Notes: a model not told the origin generated them from the sequence alone. A stretch of 64,000 nt of DNA from a virus (IMGVR_UViG_3300001199_000001:133404-197403), one strand, 5' to 3'; positions 37,035 to 48,169 are shown, counted from the stretch's first letter. Numbers and translations: made by a program.

Positions 37035-37748
37035 AGAAGCTTTGGTTCCTCGATATTTACCAGAGCAGCGATGTCGATGGCTGCCAATGCCCCACGTGTG
37101 GCCCAACAATCTGGGTAGTCGACGGCCATGACGACGCCCGATGGCTGCTCTGCTGTGGAACCGCCTGCACCGCCACGGCTCCTATCCCCCAAGGCTTTAC
37201 CGTAGTTGGCGACTATCAAAAGTATGACTGAGAAACTAGCCCACAATGACATCGTGTACGTGACGGATCACGATGATGATTGGTCGCCATATGGACGTGT
37301 CTGGCGACGAGTTGATGGCGATAGCGTCGAGGTGATTTTTACGGACGGCGTGGTAGTTACCCTGAATGACAATCAGTTGACCCGTGAACCGAACTATCGA
37401 GGCTGCTGGATTTCTTACGGGGCGGAACGACTGGACGCCGAGGGTAACGACATCCGTCCGCAGAAGTGGTCGGCTATGCCAAACCTACGGCATTTGAAGC
37501 AGAAGGCGGGATTGTTGCGGAAATGACCCGATCACCCCTATGCCCAATGGATGAATGGGTACTCGTCTGGGACTCTCTCGGATGTTATTGGCAATCCCGT
37601 CACTACCTCATATCGGGACCATATACGACGGAGCGCGAGGCCAGGGAATGGCTTAAAAGCGAGGACGCTCTAGGCCTAACAAACGCCGATCCCTACCTTA
37701 TCACCATAGACAGAGATCGCCTGCGCTGGTAGCCATACGCCGTTAAAT

Positions 37749-37775
37749 CCGTGGGAGAGGCTGCTCGCACCACGG
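37749..37775 (+). promoter_or_regulatory. Putative uL1-binding autoregulatory leader
   Basis: CCGTGG-GAG..GCA-CCACGG helix (GGGAG/ACCAC pattern) just before the rplK RBS AGGAG. Confidence 0.65.
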
Positions 37776-37791
37776 CCATCAGGAGACAGAC

Positions 37792-38223
37792 ATGGCCAAG
37801 AAAATCTTGGGCTACATCAAGCTACAGGTGAAGGCTGGGTCGGCGACGCCCTCGCCTCCTATCGGCCCGGCGCTGGGCCAACGCGGCGTTAACATCATGG
37901 GCTTCTGTAAGGAGTTCAACGCCCGCACCGAAAAGGAAGTCAAAGGCACGCCCCTGCCTACCGTCATTACGGTCTATCAGGACAAGTCCTTCACCTTCAT
38001 CACCAAGACGCCGCCCGCGACCCACTATCTGAAGGAAGCCGCCAAGCTACAATCCGGTTCGAAAGAGCCCGGTCGCGTAGTTGCTGGTTCCGTCACCCGA
38101 ACTCAATTGCGCGAGATCGCCGAAAAGAAAATGAAAGACCTCAACGCCCACGACATCGAAGCCGCAGCGCGTATCATTGAAGGCTCGGCTCGTGCGATGG
38201 GCCTCAAAGTGGTGGAGCGTTAA
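37792..38223 (+). CDS. rplK: 50S ribosomal protein uL11
   Basis: [53 protein letters not shown], full length. Confidence 0.98.
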   Translation: MAKKILGYIKLQVKAGSATPSPPIGPALGQRGVNIMGFCKEFNARTEKEVKGTPLPTVITVYQDKSFTFITKTPPATHYLKEAAKLQSGSKEPGRVVAGSVTRTQLREIAEKKMKDLNAHDIEAAARIIEGSARAMGLKVVER

Positions 38224-38225
38224 TC

Positions 38226-38903
38226 ATGCGCAAGCCATCAAAACGCTTTACCGCGCGGACCGGAGACCGAGCCGTTAATCACCCTCTCGAAGAGGCCATC
38301 CGGCTTGTGAAGGCGAACGCTACGGCTAAGTTCGATGAGACCGTTGAAATTTCCGTCAACCTGGGCGTCGATCCACGCCACGCCGATCAACAGGTGCGTG
38401 GTGTCGTTAGCCTACCGTCCGGTACTGGGCGCACGGTTCGTGTGGCGGTGATCGCCAAGGACGCCAAGGCGCAAGAAGCGGTCGATGCAGGTGCGGATAT
38501 TGTCGGCGCTGAAGACCTCGTCGAGCGTATTCAAGGCGGGTTTCTGGCTTTCGACCGCGTCATCGCGTCGCCGGACATGATGGCGCTCGTCGGTCGGCTC
38601 GGTAAGGTGCTGGGTCCACGTGGTCTGATGCCCAATCCGCGTGTCGGAACCGTCACGCAAAACGTCGGTCAGGCCGTCAAGGACGCTAAAGGCGGGGCGA
38701 TAGAATTTCGCACCGACAAGGCCGGAATCATTCACGCAGGAATTGGTAAGACGAGCTTTACCGACGATGCTCTGAAAGCCAACGCAGTCGCCATGATAGA
38801 CGCGCTGAACAAAGCCAAGCCCACGGGGGCTAAGGGGACCTACATGCAGCGAGTCAGTCTCTCATCAACTATGGGGCCGGGCTTCAAGGTTGATTTAGCG
38901 TAG
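38226..38903 (+). CDS. rplA: 50S ribosomal protein uL1
   Basis: [36 protein letters not shown] and SSTMGPG. Confidence 0.98.
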   Translation: MRKPSKRFTARTGDRAVNHPLEEAIRLVKANATAKFDETVEISVNLGVDPRHADQQVRGVVSLPSGTGRTVRVAVIAKDAKAQEAVDAGADIVGAEDLVERIQGGFLAFDRVIASPDMMALVGRLGKVLGPRGLMPNPRVGTVTQNVGQAVKDAKGGAIEFRTDKAGIIHAGIGKTSFTDDALKANAVAMIDALNKAKPTGAKGTYMQRVSLSSTMGPGFKVDLA

Positions 38904-38914
38904 CGGGCGAGGAC

Positions 38915-39136
38915 ATGATGACCAAAAATCCCAGAGGGTTCGCCGCCATGGACCCAGAGCGTCACCGCGAGCTTGCCTCCATGGGCGGGCGGGCTCAAGA
39001 TATCCGACTGCGCAGTTTCAGTAAATCCAGTGAAGTTGCTGCGGCTGCTGGACGTAACGGCGGCAAGAAACGTGCTGAGAATGCGGCGGCTCGCAAGGTG
39101 GCTGAGTTGGCTGCCAAGCAGGACGAGACGAACTGA
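38915..39136 (+). CDS. KGG-repeat general stress protein
   Basis: RGFAAMDPERHRELASMGG..AAAAGRNGG. Confidence 0.88.
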   Translation: MMTKNPRGFAAMDPERHRELASMGGRAQDIRLRSFSKSSEVAAAAGRNGGKKRAENAAARKVAELAAKQDETN

Positions 39137-39144
39137 TTATTGCG

Positions 39145-39483
39145 CTACCGCAGGTCCGCGTCCCCCGACGGGGGAGAAGGGGGTAAGCGCTCTTCGACCC
39201 AACAGACGAAAAGCTCGGCTCGGCCGATCATCAATGCGGCTAGGTATTCATGCCGCCCGTCGATAATTACAAAGCGGTCTCCTCGCCATTCTCCCACGGC
39301 AGGAGGCCAAGCTGAGTCTGGTCCGAGGTTAAGAAAGCGTCGATATTTCTCGATCACCGCTTCAGGCGACATTGGTACCCTGCATCCCAGGATGCACGCG
39401 TTTATGTCCACCCAATCAGAACGAACGATCTGATGTGGAGCCACCCTGATGGCGCGGTCTTCAGCGATGCGTACAGGATTCAC
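39145..39483 (-). CDS. ParB/Srx-like domain protein
   Basis: PPAVG..FVIIDGRHEYLAA. Confidence 0.6.
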   Translation of the reverse strand: MNPVRIAEDRAIRVAPHQIVRSDWVDINACILGCRVPMSPEAVIEKYRRFLNLGPDSAWPPAVGEWRGDRFVIIDGRHEYLAALMIGRAELFVCWVEERLPPSPPSGDADLR

Positions 39484-39492
39484 GGCAGCCCC

Positions 39493-41295
39493 TCAGGTGT
39501 CCAGAACTTCGGCGATGGTCTCTTCTTTAAGATAAGATGACTGGGCGATCCGAGAGTCTAAGCTCCCGTTCGCCACCAGATAGTTGACGAAAATCTTTTC
39601 GAACTTCGAGCCGATCCGACAAGCTCGGTCCTCGCACTGCGACAGCTTGGCCGGGACCCAGTCGATCTCCACAAAGCACACGTCAGAGGCTTTAGTCAGC
39701 GTCAGGCCAACCCCGGCGGCGTCTATGTTGCCGATAAAGACACGGCAGGTTTCATCTTCTTGAAATTGGTCGACCTGTAGCTGGCGCTTCTTGACGGGGG
39801 TCTTGCCGTAAATCACCGCTGGATTGTAGTCGGCGAGAGCTTCCCGCAGCGCCTCAACGACGGCGCTATGATAGGCGAAGACGAGGAGCTTGTTACCGCC
39901 GTCCAGTACGGTCTTGATCCACGGTACGGCTCCGGACAGCTTGGCTAGGCCGAGTTCCCGCCTGACGTGCGCGAGTTCTTCAAAAAGAATCGCCACCGCT
40001 GGCGGCTCCAGCCCAAGGACGGCCGACGCGTATTCAAGATTGACTCGGCGCGACCACGTACCGTTTTCGTCGTAATCCGCCTCAGACATACCGAAGTCAG
40101 CCATCTTGTCGACGATCTGCTCGCCGCCGACATCAGCGATAGCGAGCTTTTCGTAGAGCTTCAGCGCGTCGGCGAGTTCCGACTCGCGGGCGACCAGTTC
40201 ACGAAGCTCCGGCGTGTCTAGGACGATCACGCCTCGCAGTTTCTGCGGTAGGTCCGGTAGCACGTTCTTCTTGAGGCGCCGGACCATGAAGCGCTCACGC
40301 ATGATCGTGCCAAGTTCTTTTTTGTTTGAAGCACCCGACACATCCAGGCGCCCGAAATAGTCGTAGTGAGCTTCGCAGTACCGTTCCGTGAACTGGGTAT
40401 AGCTCTTGCCCAACCCGTTGCCGTCCAGGGCGTGTACGAGAGGCCAGAGTTCAACAGGTCTGTTTAGAATAGGCGTACCAGTCAAGAACAGGCGTTTTTT
40501 GGCGTCAATCGGGTAGTATTTCGTGACTTCTTTGGTTTTTCCCTTCCCCTTTTCATGCTTACCGCCGAGGATGAGGATTGTCCGCAGGCTCTCCTTTGTC
40601 TTAAGAGCGTGACTTTCATCGACAACCAGTAAGTCCCAGTGGACCTCTTTGATCTGATCCAGGAATCTCGAAATAATATCGTAGTTTATAATGACTACAT
40701 CGGTTTCGGGCCAGAATTCCTTGGTGATTTCCGTCTTGTATTTGGCTTTACCATTCTTGTAGAAACCGTCCGCGACCTTCTGCTTATTTTGGGTTTCAGC
40801 GATCCCGACAGTCACGTCCTTAGTCTTCCAACGCTCGACCTCCCGGCGCCAGTTCTCTTTTAGAGACGCAGGAGCGATGACTAACACGCGAGGGCGTAGC
40901 ACCTTGAGGCAGTTCATCACGCCGACTGATGTCGGGCTTTTCCCGAGGCCGGGCTGATCGGCTATCAACGTGTCCTTGCGGAACATCGCATATTCGATCC
41001 CGGCTTTTTGAAATGCGAAGAACTCCAGGCCCGGTGGCGAGGGCGGATTGAACTCTGTTTCCTCAGCGTAGGATAGCTCTAGAGAGGCGTTATTGGCCCT
41101 ATCGATCTGATCCAACAAGGCGACAGCGGCTGGCATCCAGCGGACGCCCTTGATGCTGTAGGCGGCATCCGCGTCTTTCGTTACCCATGCCTTGTAGCGC
41201 GGATTCCACGTGAACCCCGCGTTCTGGAATAGCGTGCGTTCGTCGAACGAGCCAATCCCAAGGAAGAGGTTGTCTAAGGAATCAATGCGCGCCAA
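39493..41295 (-). CDS. SNF2-family (SMARCAL1-like) helicase
   Basis: IADQPGLGKS, VVDESH, LTGTP, RRLK, AAGVGLTL and QCEDRACRIG. Confidence 0.94.
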   Translation of the reverse strand: MARIDSLDNLFLGIGSFDERTLFQNAGFTWNPRYKAWVTKDADAAYSIKGVRWMPAAVALLDQIDRANNASLELSYAEETEFNPPSPPGLEFFAFQKAGIEYAMFRKDTLIADQPGLGKSPTSVGVMNCLKVLRPRVLVIAPASLKENWRREVERWKTKDVTVGIAETQNKQKVADGFYKNGKAKYKTEITKEFWPETDVVIINYDIISRFLDQIKEVHWDLLVVDESHALKTKESLRTILILGGKHEKGKGKTKEVTKYYPIDAKKRLFLTGTPILNRPVELWPLVHALDGNGLGKSYTQFTERYCEAHYDYFGRLDVSGASNKKELGTIMRERFMVRRLKKNVLPDLPQKLRGVIVLDTPELRELVARESELADALKLYEKLAIADVGGEQIVDKMADFGMSEADYDENGTWSRRVNLEYASAVLGLEPPAVAILFEELAHVRRELGLAKLSGAVPWIKTVLDGGNKLLVFAYHSAVVEALREALADYNPAVIYGKTPVKKRQLQVDQFQEDETCRVFIGNIDAAGVGLTLTKASDVCFVEIDWVPAKLSQCEDRACRIGSKFEKIFVNYLVANGSLDSRIAQSSYLKEETIAEVLDT

Positions 41296-41296
41296 G

Positions 41297-41515
41297 TCAG
41301 GACCGGATCAACTCATGCACCGGCAGGATGAAGAAGCGCATCAAGGCGTCATCGACGGTTGCCTGCGCACGCCCGCGCCAAGCCACCTTGGCGCTGGTCT
41401 CACAACCATAGACGCCAACGACCTCGATCTGTGAGGGATCGCGAAAAGCGGTCGACTGTGGATCAGTCAACCGCCCGCCGATCACAACATAAAGTGACTG
41501 GCTAGTTCCAGTCAT
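41297..41515 (-). CDS. DUF4170 family protein
   Basis: LYVVIGGRL..IEVVGVY..AWRGRAQATVDDALMRFFI. Confidence 0.8.
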   Translation of the reverse strand: MTGTSQSLYVVIGGRLTDPQSTAFRDPSQIEVVGVYGCETSAKVAWRGRAQATVDDALMRFFILPVHELIRS

Positions 41516-41806
41516 CGTCGCTTTCATCTTCGTCATCATCATCCGGGAATCCGACGTATTCGATCTCGTCGTCATCGTTGAACTCCTCCGCATCGCCGAG
41601 GTCGATCACGCAGTCCATGTGGGCCAGGGCCTTGTGATCTTCGTCGATGTAAAGGGTATGCTCTTCGTAGACGCCAATCGGGCGGTCGCATAGAGGGCAG
41701 CAAGGGAGGGAGGTAACTGAACTTGACATAACGCAACACCCAATTAGTAGTGGGTGTATGTCAACATGCCTGACATCTTATGTCAAGAAATCGAACATCT
41801 TGAAGG

Positions 41807-42289
41807 CTACTTAGCGCGTGAAATATGTTCGTCAGCGATTTTAGCGGCTGCTTCGTAGCGGGCTGCGTTCCAAAGCCGGGCCACTTGGAGGAGGGCAGCG
41901 AACTTTTCCTCAAGATAGGCGAAGGTTGATGGCGCGTTTTCCGGCATGTGCGCAAAGCCTGTGCCGATCCCATCGGCTGGCCAGATTATGATCCCACCGT
42001 TCTTCACATGCTCGAACAACGGCTTCATATCGACATCGAGCACACGCTTTTGCGACTCCGTCGCGGTAGCTTCTTCGATAAAGTAGACGCCCGGCTTGTA
42101 AAGAGTGGCGACGCCGACGGCATTGGGCTCATCACGCATTTCGCCAGCCTGTCCCGCATATCCGTAGCGGCCGATGTTATCGCCGAAGACATAGAGGACC
42201 GGATTGCCTGCGGCGTAATTTCGCTGCGCATCCTCGCGCTTGTAAATCTTCTGGAAGATGATCACGACGGCGCGCTCCGCTAACTTCAA
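41807..42289 (-). CDS. Conserved phage protein with VFGDN..GQA motif (possibly macro-like fold)
   Basis: LYVFGDN, AGQAGEMRDEPNAVGVAT and PADGIGTG. Confidence 0.65.
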   Translation of the reverse strand: MKLAERAVVIIFQKIYKREDAQRNYAAGNPVLYVFGDNIGRYGYAGQAGEMRDEPNAVGVATLYKPGVYFIEEATATESQKRVLDVDMKPLFEHVKNGGIIIWPADGIGTGFAHMPENAPSTFAYLEEKFAALLQVARLWNAARYEAAAKIADEHISRAK

Positions 42290-43392
42290 TCCGTACTGAT
42301 CCTATTCCGCCGTGGTGCTAGAATGTCAAGGATATACACACTTGATGTTAGAATCCTTGACGTTTTAGGGGTTTTAAGTATCATGAAATAAATGGAACAG
42401 GTGTGCACGTGTAAAGAGAAGGGGTCGGCATCAGATGCCCACATCATCTACGCCCCCACACGTAACCCCCTGAGGCCTAATGAATATAAGCCTGTATGGT
42501 ATGGGAGGAAAAGTTGCCCACTACACAACCTAATTCGGTCCGTGAGAGAAGATACCGTAGGCGAGACTTCAACGACCTCCACGACGAAGTCATCAAAGAC
42601 AAAACGAAAGACGAAAGATACAACGGCGGAGTAAGTAACGCGGTAAAAGCGGATTACATCTGCCGTGTCCTCGCACACCCTCGTGAAGCATTTGATCTCG
42701 ACTTGCCGTTTCCTTACGAGGACTGGGCTAAGGAAGACAATCAAGGCAAGATCAATGCCGGATTGTACCTCTGCGATCTCCGTGTGCAGTTCTACGGCGC
42801 CGTCCTAGAACGCAGTCAAGACCCGCACAGTGAGGTGTGGTTGAAACACGCCGAGGCGGAATTCTGGTGCGAGGCTTTCAACACCTTGACCCATGTCCGT
42901 CAGTTCGGTTACCTGCTCGAAGACGACAGGGATATCAATTGACCACGCTTCCTATCTATGACGGCGCGATAAAGGCCCACAAGGTGTCCGCCTTCGTGAA
43001 ATGCGGCATAGGCTTTGACATCATTCGCCCAGGCTATGATTCGCAAGGGAGGCGTCATGCCTCTTGGACCCAGATCGTTCACGAGGGCGTCCCTATCTAT
43101 ACCGCCCGTATGATGCTGCCGCTGGAAAAGTTCATCGCCCGCTTCGAAGAGAAGTGGGCTGAACACATCGGCGATGATCTCGTGCTTATGCGACGGGCTC
43201 TCGAAGCGACAAAGAACGATCACATGAACCGCTTCAAGGATGGCGTTACCGGGGAGACCCCGGCGCCGTCGTTATCGCGTGATGGGCAGGGCGAGGGGAT
43301 TAACTACCTGTCATAAAAAACTTGGTCTGCAAGCGTTGACAACGCATTTAAAATGACTTAGATTCCAACCTGTGACGAAAACAGGAGGTTCT

Positions 43393-44214
43393 ATGACAAT
43401 CAAGACCAAGGCCCCGGCTAAGCCCAAGGGCAAGAAGGCCGTCGTTCTCAGAGGCGACGCCAAGAAGACCCCCGTCAAGCTGCGCGGCGATGCCAAGAAG
43501 CAGCCAAAGGCCGTCGTCGCTGACGGTTCTGGTGTCTATTCCAACCGCATTCGCGCTCTCACCAAGCTGTCCGTGTCGTCCAAGGGCGGCGGCGGTAAGG
43601 CCACGCGGGTGGTCCCCAAGGTGCGCCGCGCTGCTGTGCTCGAACAGGATCAGTTCGCTGAAGTGATCCGGGCGATTGAGGACTACGACCTCACCAACGC
43701 CGTGCGCAACGAAGTCATCATGCGCCTGTCGTTCCAAGCTGGCCTGCGCGCCAAGGAGATCGCCGGACTTCGTTGGCTCCCCAACGTCCTTGATGCTAAG
43801 GGCAAGGTCGCCAAGATGCTGACGGTGACTCACGACATCGGCAAGCGCTCACAGGAGCGGCAAATCCCGCTGGCTCCGGAACTGCGTAAGGCGTTGCAAT
43901 ATCTGCTCGACGAAGGCCACAACTCCGAGCACGTCATCTATCGGCTCAATCCTTATGACGGGATTGACGGCATTTCACCGAACGGCGTCGTCCAGACCGT
44001 CAAGCGGTTCTTCAAATACGTCGGTTACGTCGGCTGCACGTCCCACTCCGGGCGCCGCACCTTCATCACCAACGCCGCTCGGCGGGCCAATCTTCACGGC
44101 TCCTCGATCAAGGATGTGCAGGAAATGGCGGGACACAAATATCTCCAGTCCACCACTAAGTACATCGAGCCTTCGGATCAACAGCATAATCTGGTGAACA
44201 GCCTTTACCGTTAA
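43393..44214 (+). CDS. Tyrosine recombinase / integrase
   Basis: AGLRAKEI, K, HSGRRTF and AGH..TTKY catalytic residues; RBS AGGAGG. Confidence 0.92.
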   Translation: MTIKTKAPAKPKGKKAVVLRGDAKKTPVKLRGDAKKQPKAVVADGSGVYSNRIRALTKLSVSSKGGGGKATRVVPKVRRAAVLEQDQFAEVIRAIEDYDLTNAVRNEVIMRLSFQAGLRAKEIAGLRWLPNVLDAKGKVAKMLTVTHDIGKRSQERQIPLAPELRKALQYLLDEGHNSEHVIYRLNPYDGIDGISPNGVVQTVKRFFKYVGYVGCTSHSGRRTFITNAARRANLHGSSIKDVQEMAGHKYLQSTTKYIEPSDQQHNLVNSLYR

Positions 44215-44533
44215 ATCCATGAAACTGATCATCATCGTACGCAACGAGAGCGACCTCTTCGAGGTGTTTGAAAAGGAGGAGGGCGTTTTCGTCGGCTACT
44301 TCAACGGCGTGCTGTCCGTATCGTCGGCCTGCCCTAACACGGCCTATCGCGGCTTGATCAAGAAGCACTGCGTCGAGCGTCCACAACAGGCTGCTAACGT
44401 CGTCGATCTAGCCCAAGAGCGAGCGCGGCGGCGCCAGTCTGGCTGACATTCAGAGTCAATAATCTTGACACCTCGCGCGATTTAGGGGAGGTTGGGGTTC
44501 CTCAAGAATTAACCCCCGCCCCCGTTCGCATGA

Positions 44534-47500
44534 ATGTCAGATCGTCTAGATTTCCTTAACGCCGCTATCGCCGCTCATGACGGCCCGTACCTCTTCGAGG
44601 TTGAAGGCGAGCGCCAGCAAGTTGCCCGCAACGCTGTTCGCGCAATTGCCGAGAGCGCCGAGCAACTTCGTATTTCCCCTATAACAGCCGATAACAAGGT
44701 CTGTTTCTTTTTCCGTGTCCTCGAAGAGGTCGAGGAAGATACATGGATGGGCGCCCGGCTTATGCCGTCGATGGTCCTCCAGAAGGGGGACAACCTTCTC
44801 CTCTGCTGGGCGTTGGAAGAGCCTGTCGACCTCAGTGAAGAGGTTGAGGCCTTTGGCCTCGACTTCGATGAGGGATTCACTGAAGACGCTATCCCGACGC
44901 CGGGTACCAACGGCTGGGGACTGGTCGCCTGTGATCCTGATCGAGCCTACCCCCTCGACGAGTTTTACCGTGTATACGGTAACTCGGAGGAGGCCGCTGA
45001 AGGCAAGGCTGAGCCTGCCGTGGTCAAGGATAGCCCGCCAGAACAATTGGTCTCCTTGGGCAAGTACGGAGACGCGGATATCTTCGCCGAGTTTGACGAG
45101 AACGACCCTGCCCTCGCTCGTGAGATCGTCGTAACGCTCGGCGCTAGTCGCGATTCGGTGAAGTGGAAGCCGACGAAACTCCCCATCGGAGCCTTGATCG
45201 GTAAGCTCTGCCGACATGAAGAAGGCAAGAAGGATGGGTTGTCTGTCGTTCTCGCCGACATGGTTCCGGGCCAACGTAAGAACAATTCAATCATCGCTGA
45301 ATACGGCGTCGGCCTCGATATCGACACCGGCATGCCCGCCGAACAGATAGACGCTGCGGTCAAGAAGCTCGGCATCATGGCAGTGCGCTACACCACGCAC
45401 TCCAACGGCACGGTCTCCACGTCTTTCTCCAGAGACGCGGTCGTTAAGAAAACGGGCGAGACCAAAATCACCACAGAGGTGATGCGAGATTACCTACGTA
45501 AAGAACACTCCTGGGTCCCGGAAATCCTAGACTCGGTCAAATACGAGACCAATGAACATACCGAACGCGGTATTCAGGTCGTCATCAGTCACAAGCCGAT
45601 GGCGAAGAACCGTCTGATCGTACCGTTCGCTTCGCCGTTCATCATCGCCGATGTCGCGGACACTCAAAAAAAGGCCTTGGACCTTTGGAAAGAGATTCCG
45701 CAAGGTCTCGCCGATCTGCTTGGCGGATTGCCGTTGGACACTGCCTGTTTGGAAGCGGCGCGTCTTTTCTATATGCCGCGTCACCCCAAAGGGCAGGAGT
45801 TCAGTGTGTCGCTGTTTGGCGGCAAGCTATTCGACTGGCAAACTCTGACGGCCAAATCAAACCTAGAAAAAGACCTCGAAAAACTGACAGGCGGTCGCAA
45901 GTCCGGCGGTCCTTCGACGGAACTGGGTCGAAAGCTGGGACGCTGGGCGATGACCAGCGCTCACGGTTTCCAGATCGCCACGGCCATCGAGGATCATCAG
46001 CCTGACCGTGTGCGTTTCGAAAAGGCTCCGGGCAATCTCGAAATCGAATGCCCGTTCGATGAGGATCACTCAAACCCCGGCGATCCGGAAGATCGGGCCT
46101 GTTTCGTGGTCAATGCCGGTGATGGCGCGGGCGATGCGTTCTTCGCACGTTGCCGCCATGATTCTTGTTCGGATAAAAATAACCTAGACATGCTCGGCAA
46201 GATGATCGCCGACGGATGGTTCGGTGACGAAATTCTGGCGGACGACAGTTATAACACCGCCCTGGTCGAAGACGCCCCGAATCCGGAAGTCGCCAAGCGC
46301 ATTGTCAAAGAAGACGAAGCAAAGGCTGATTATCAAGAAGCCATCGAACCACTCACACCCACCTCAGATGCCGGTACAATCGAGAAGGCGATCAGACTCG
46401 TACTCGAAGCCAAGCTGAATCCCATCGAACATAAGCAGGCCCTGAAAATGATTCAGAAGGCCATCAAACACACGGCAGTAGAAATGAAAAGCCACATTAG
46501 ATACGTCATGGGTCTTATCAAAGAGGCTGACGATGACAAAGACGGTAAGACCAAGAGTAAGTTCAACCACCTTGTTTACGAGTACGAAGGCGAGCCGCAC
46601 TTCCACGAGGCAAGCGGCATCTGTCTTGAGGAACTGATCAACGCCTCTCGCGATCCGAAGGACAAGAAAACGTGGCTTGAGCCTCAGTTCTCTTGTCTCG
46701 ACGAGCGATTGATGCGCATGCAATGGAATCGCGCTAAAACACGCGTCTCTTTTACACAACTTGATGCGACTTCCACGTGGGCGGAATTATCCGACCGGGT
46801 GGCTTTCGTTCGGGTCAGCGATGGTGTCCAAAGCAAGCCGCAGAAGGTTCCGGAAGATATCGCCAAGCACGTCTTCGTCACGGCCTACCGTACTTTGCCG
46901 CAGACGCCTGAAGTGCTTTACACGCCCTGCTTCACAAGCGCTGGCAAACTTATCACCGAACCGATGTGGTACACCGACGGTGATGATAACATCTTCCTCG
47001 TTGATACCGGTCTTCAAGTCGATCCTATTTCAGATGAGCCTGAAATCGAAGAGGTCGAAGAGGCCGTCGACTGGCTGGTCAACGATCTCATGGTCGATTT
47101 CGCGTTTCTCGATCACGATCTCGAAGGCAATGAGCGGGTCGAGCCTTCGCGGGCCAACGCGCTGGCAATGCTGATCACGCCGTTCATGCGGCGTATGATC
47201 AAGGGCGTGACCCCGGTCTTCTTCGTCACCAAGCCGATGCCGGGGACCGGCGGTACGCTGCTGGGCTCGATGCCGATGCTGATTTTCGACGGCGATAACG
47301 GCATGCCGCTGGCCTATTCCATGGCGGAAGACGAGATGCGTAAAATCCTCGTCTCGGCGATCATGGAAACTCGGACCTCGCTGTTCTTCGATGACGTGAA
47401 GGATTTCAACAACCGGACCCTGCTGCAATCGATCACGGCGCCGTCCATCGGTGGGCGTATCCTTGGCTCTTCGAAGAATGTCGAGCGGCCTAACAATTAT

Positions 47501-48169
47501 ATCTGGGGAGCCACCGGCAACAACCCTCACATCCTCAGTGAGATGGCTCGCCGCATCTGCTGGATCAGACTGAACGCCAAGACCGGGGATATCAACCAAC
47601 GGAAATTCACCGAGCGTTATCGCACGGGGGAAGACGGCAAGCCCGAACGTATCGAGTTCAACAACTGGGTACTGGAGACTCGCGGTAAGACCGTCTGGGC
47701 CATCTTGACGCTAATTCAGCACTGGATCGCTAGCGGATCGGTACCCTTTACCGCCCGTTATCTTACCACCTTCGAAGAATGGGGGAAGAAGGTCGGCGGC
47801 GTTCTACAGGCGGCGGGCATCGAAGGGTTCCTAGACAATCGACGCGTCATAAACGTTGACCAAGATGAATCGGCGATACGTCAGTTCGTTGTTGAATGGT
47901 CCAAGAGCGTCGATAGCCAGCACGGGCGTCCGATGCATCTGAAGGCGCTGCTCGATCTGGCGGCGCTCAATGAACTGGATATCCTTGAAGGCAACAACGA
48001 CGACCAGAAAAAGAGCCGGTTCCTGAAGATCGCTCGGACACTGCCGGGGCGCGTATTCAAGATCGGGAAAGTCGACTACATGGTTCACGAGACCTTGGAC
48101 GACGAAGACAATTATGCCCTCATCTTGAAACTCAATGATCCTGAACCGGCGATAATCGCCGCAGAGTAA
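44534..48169 (+). CDS. Large primase-helicase-like replication protein
   Basis: LDID, YTTHS and RLFYMP primase-polymerase-like motifs; CPF..H..C..C zinc-binding segment; C-terminal P-loop-like PGTGGTLL, FFDD and ATGNN. Confidence 0.75.
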   Translation: MSDRLDFLNAAIAAHDGPYLFEVEGERQQVARNAVRAIAESAEQLRISPITADNKVCFFFRVLEEVEEDTWMGARLMPSMVLQKGDNLLLCWALEEPVDLSEEVEAFGLDFDEGFTEDAIPTPGTNGWGLVACDPDRAYPLDEFYRVYGNSEEAAEGKAEPAVVKDSPPEQLVSLGKYGDADIFAEFDENDPALAREIVVTLGASRDSVKWKPTKLPIGALIGKLCRHEEGKKDGLSVVLADMVPGQRKNNSIIAEYGVGLDIDTGMPAEQIDAAVKKLGIMAVRYTTHSNGTVSTSFSRDAVVKKTGETKITTEVMRDYLRKEHSWVPEILDSVKYETNEHTERGIQVVISHKPMAKNRLIVPFASPFIIADVADTQKKALDLWKEIPQGLADLLGGLPLDTACLEAARLFYMPRHPKGQEFSVSLFGGKLFDWQTLTAKSNLEKDLEKLTGGRKSGGPSTELGRKLGRWAMTSAHGFQIATAIEDHQPDRVRFEKAPGNLEIECPFDEDHSNPGDPEDRACFVVNAGDGAGDAFFARCRHDSCSDKNNLDMLGKMIADGWFGDEILADDSYNTALVEDAPNPEVAKRIVKEDEAKADYQEAIEPLTPTSDAGTIEKAIRLVLEAKLNPIEHKQALKMIQKAIKHTAVEMKSHIRYVMGLIKEADDDKDGKTKSKFNHLVYEYEGEPHFHEASGICLEELINASRDPKDKKTWLEPQFSCLDERLMRMQWNRAKTRVSFTQLDATSTWAELSDRVAFVRVSDGVQSKPQKVPEDIAKHVFVTAYRTLPQTPEVLYTPCFTSAGKLITEPMWYTDGDDNIFLVDTGLQVDPISDEPEIEEVEEAVDWLVNDLMVDFAFLDHDLEGNERVEPSRANALAMLITPFMRRMIKGVTPVFFVTKPMPGTGGTLLGSMPMLIFDGDNGMPLAYSMAEDEMRKILVSAIMETRTSLFFDDVKDFNNRTLLQSITAPSIGGRILGSSKNVERPNNYIWGATGNNPHILSEMARRICWIRLNAKTGDINQRKFTERYRTGEDGKPERIEFNNWVLETRGKTVWAILTLIQHWIASGSVPFTARYLTTFEEWGKKVGGVLQAAGIEGFLDNRRVINVDQDESAIRQFVVEWSKSVDSQHGRPMHLKALLDLAALNELDILEGNNDDQKKSRFLKIARTLPGRVFKIGKVDYMVHETLDDEDNYALILKLNDPEPAIIAAE

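Noticed and set aside
37792-38903. Reading the window as bacterial chromosome because of rplK-rplA, yeaGH and nad genes
   Set aside because: Bacterial synteny is absent, and the genes are interleaved with T7-like polymerase, HNH, dNMP kinase and small phage ORFs that share the same regulatory motifs
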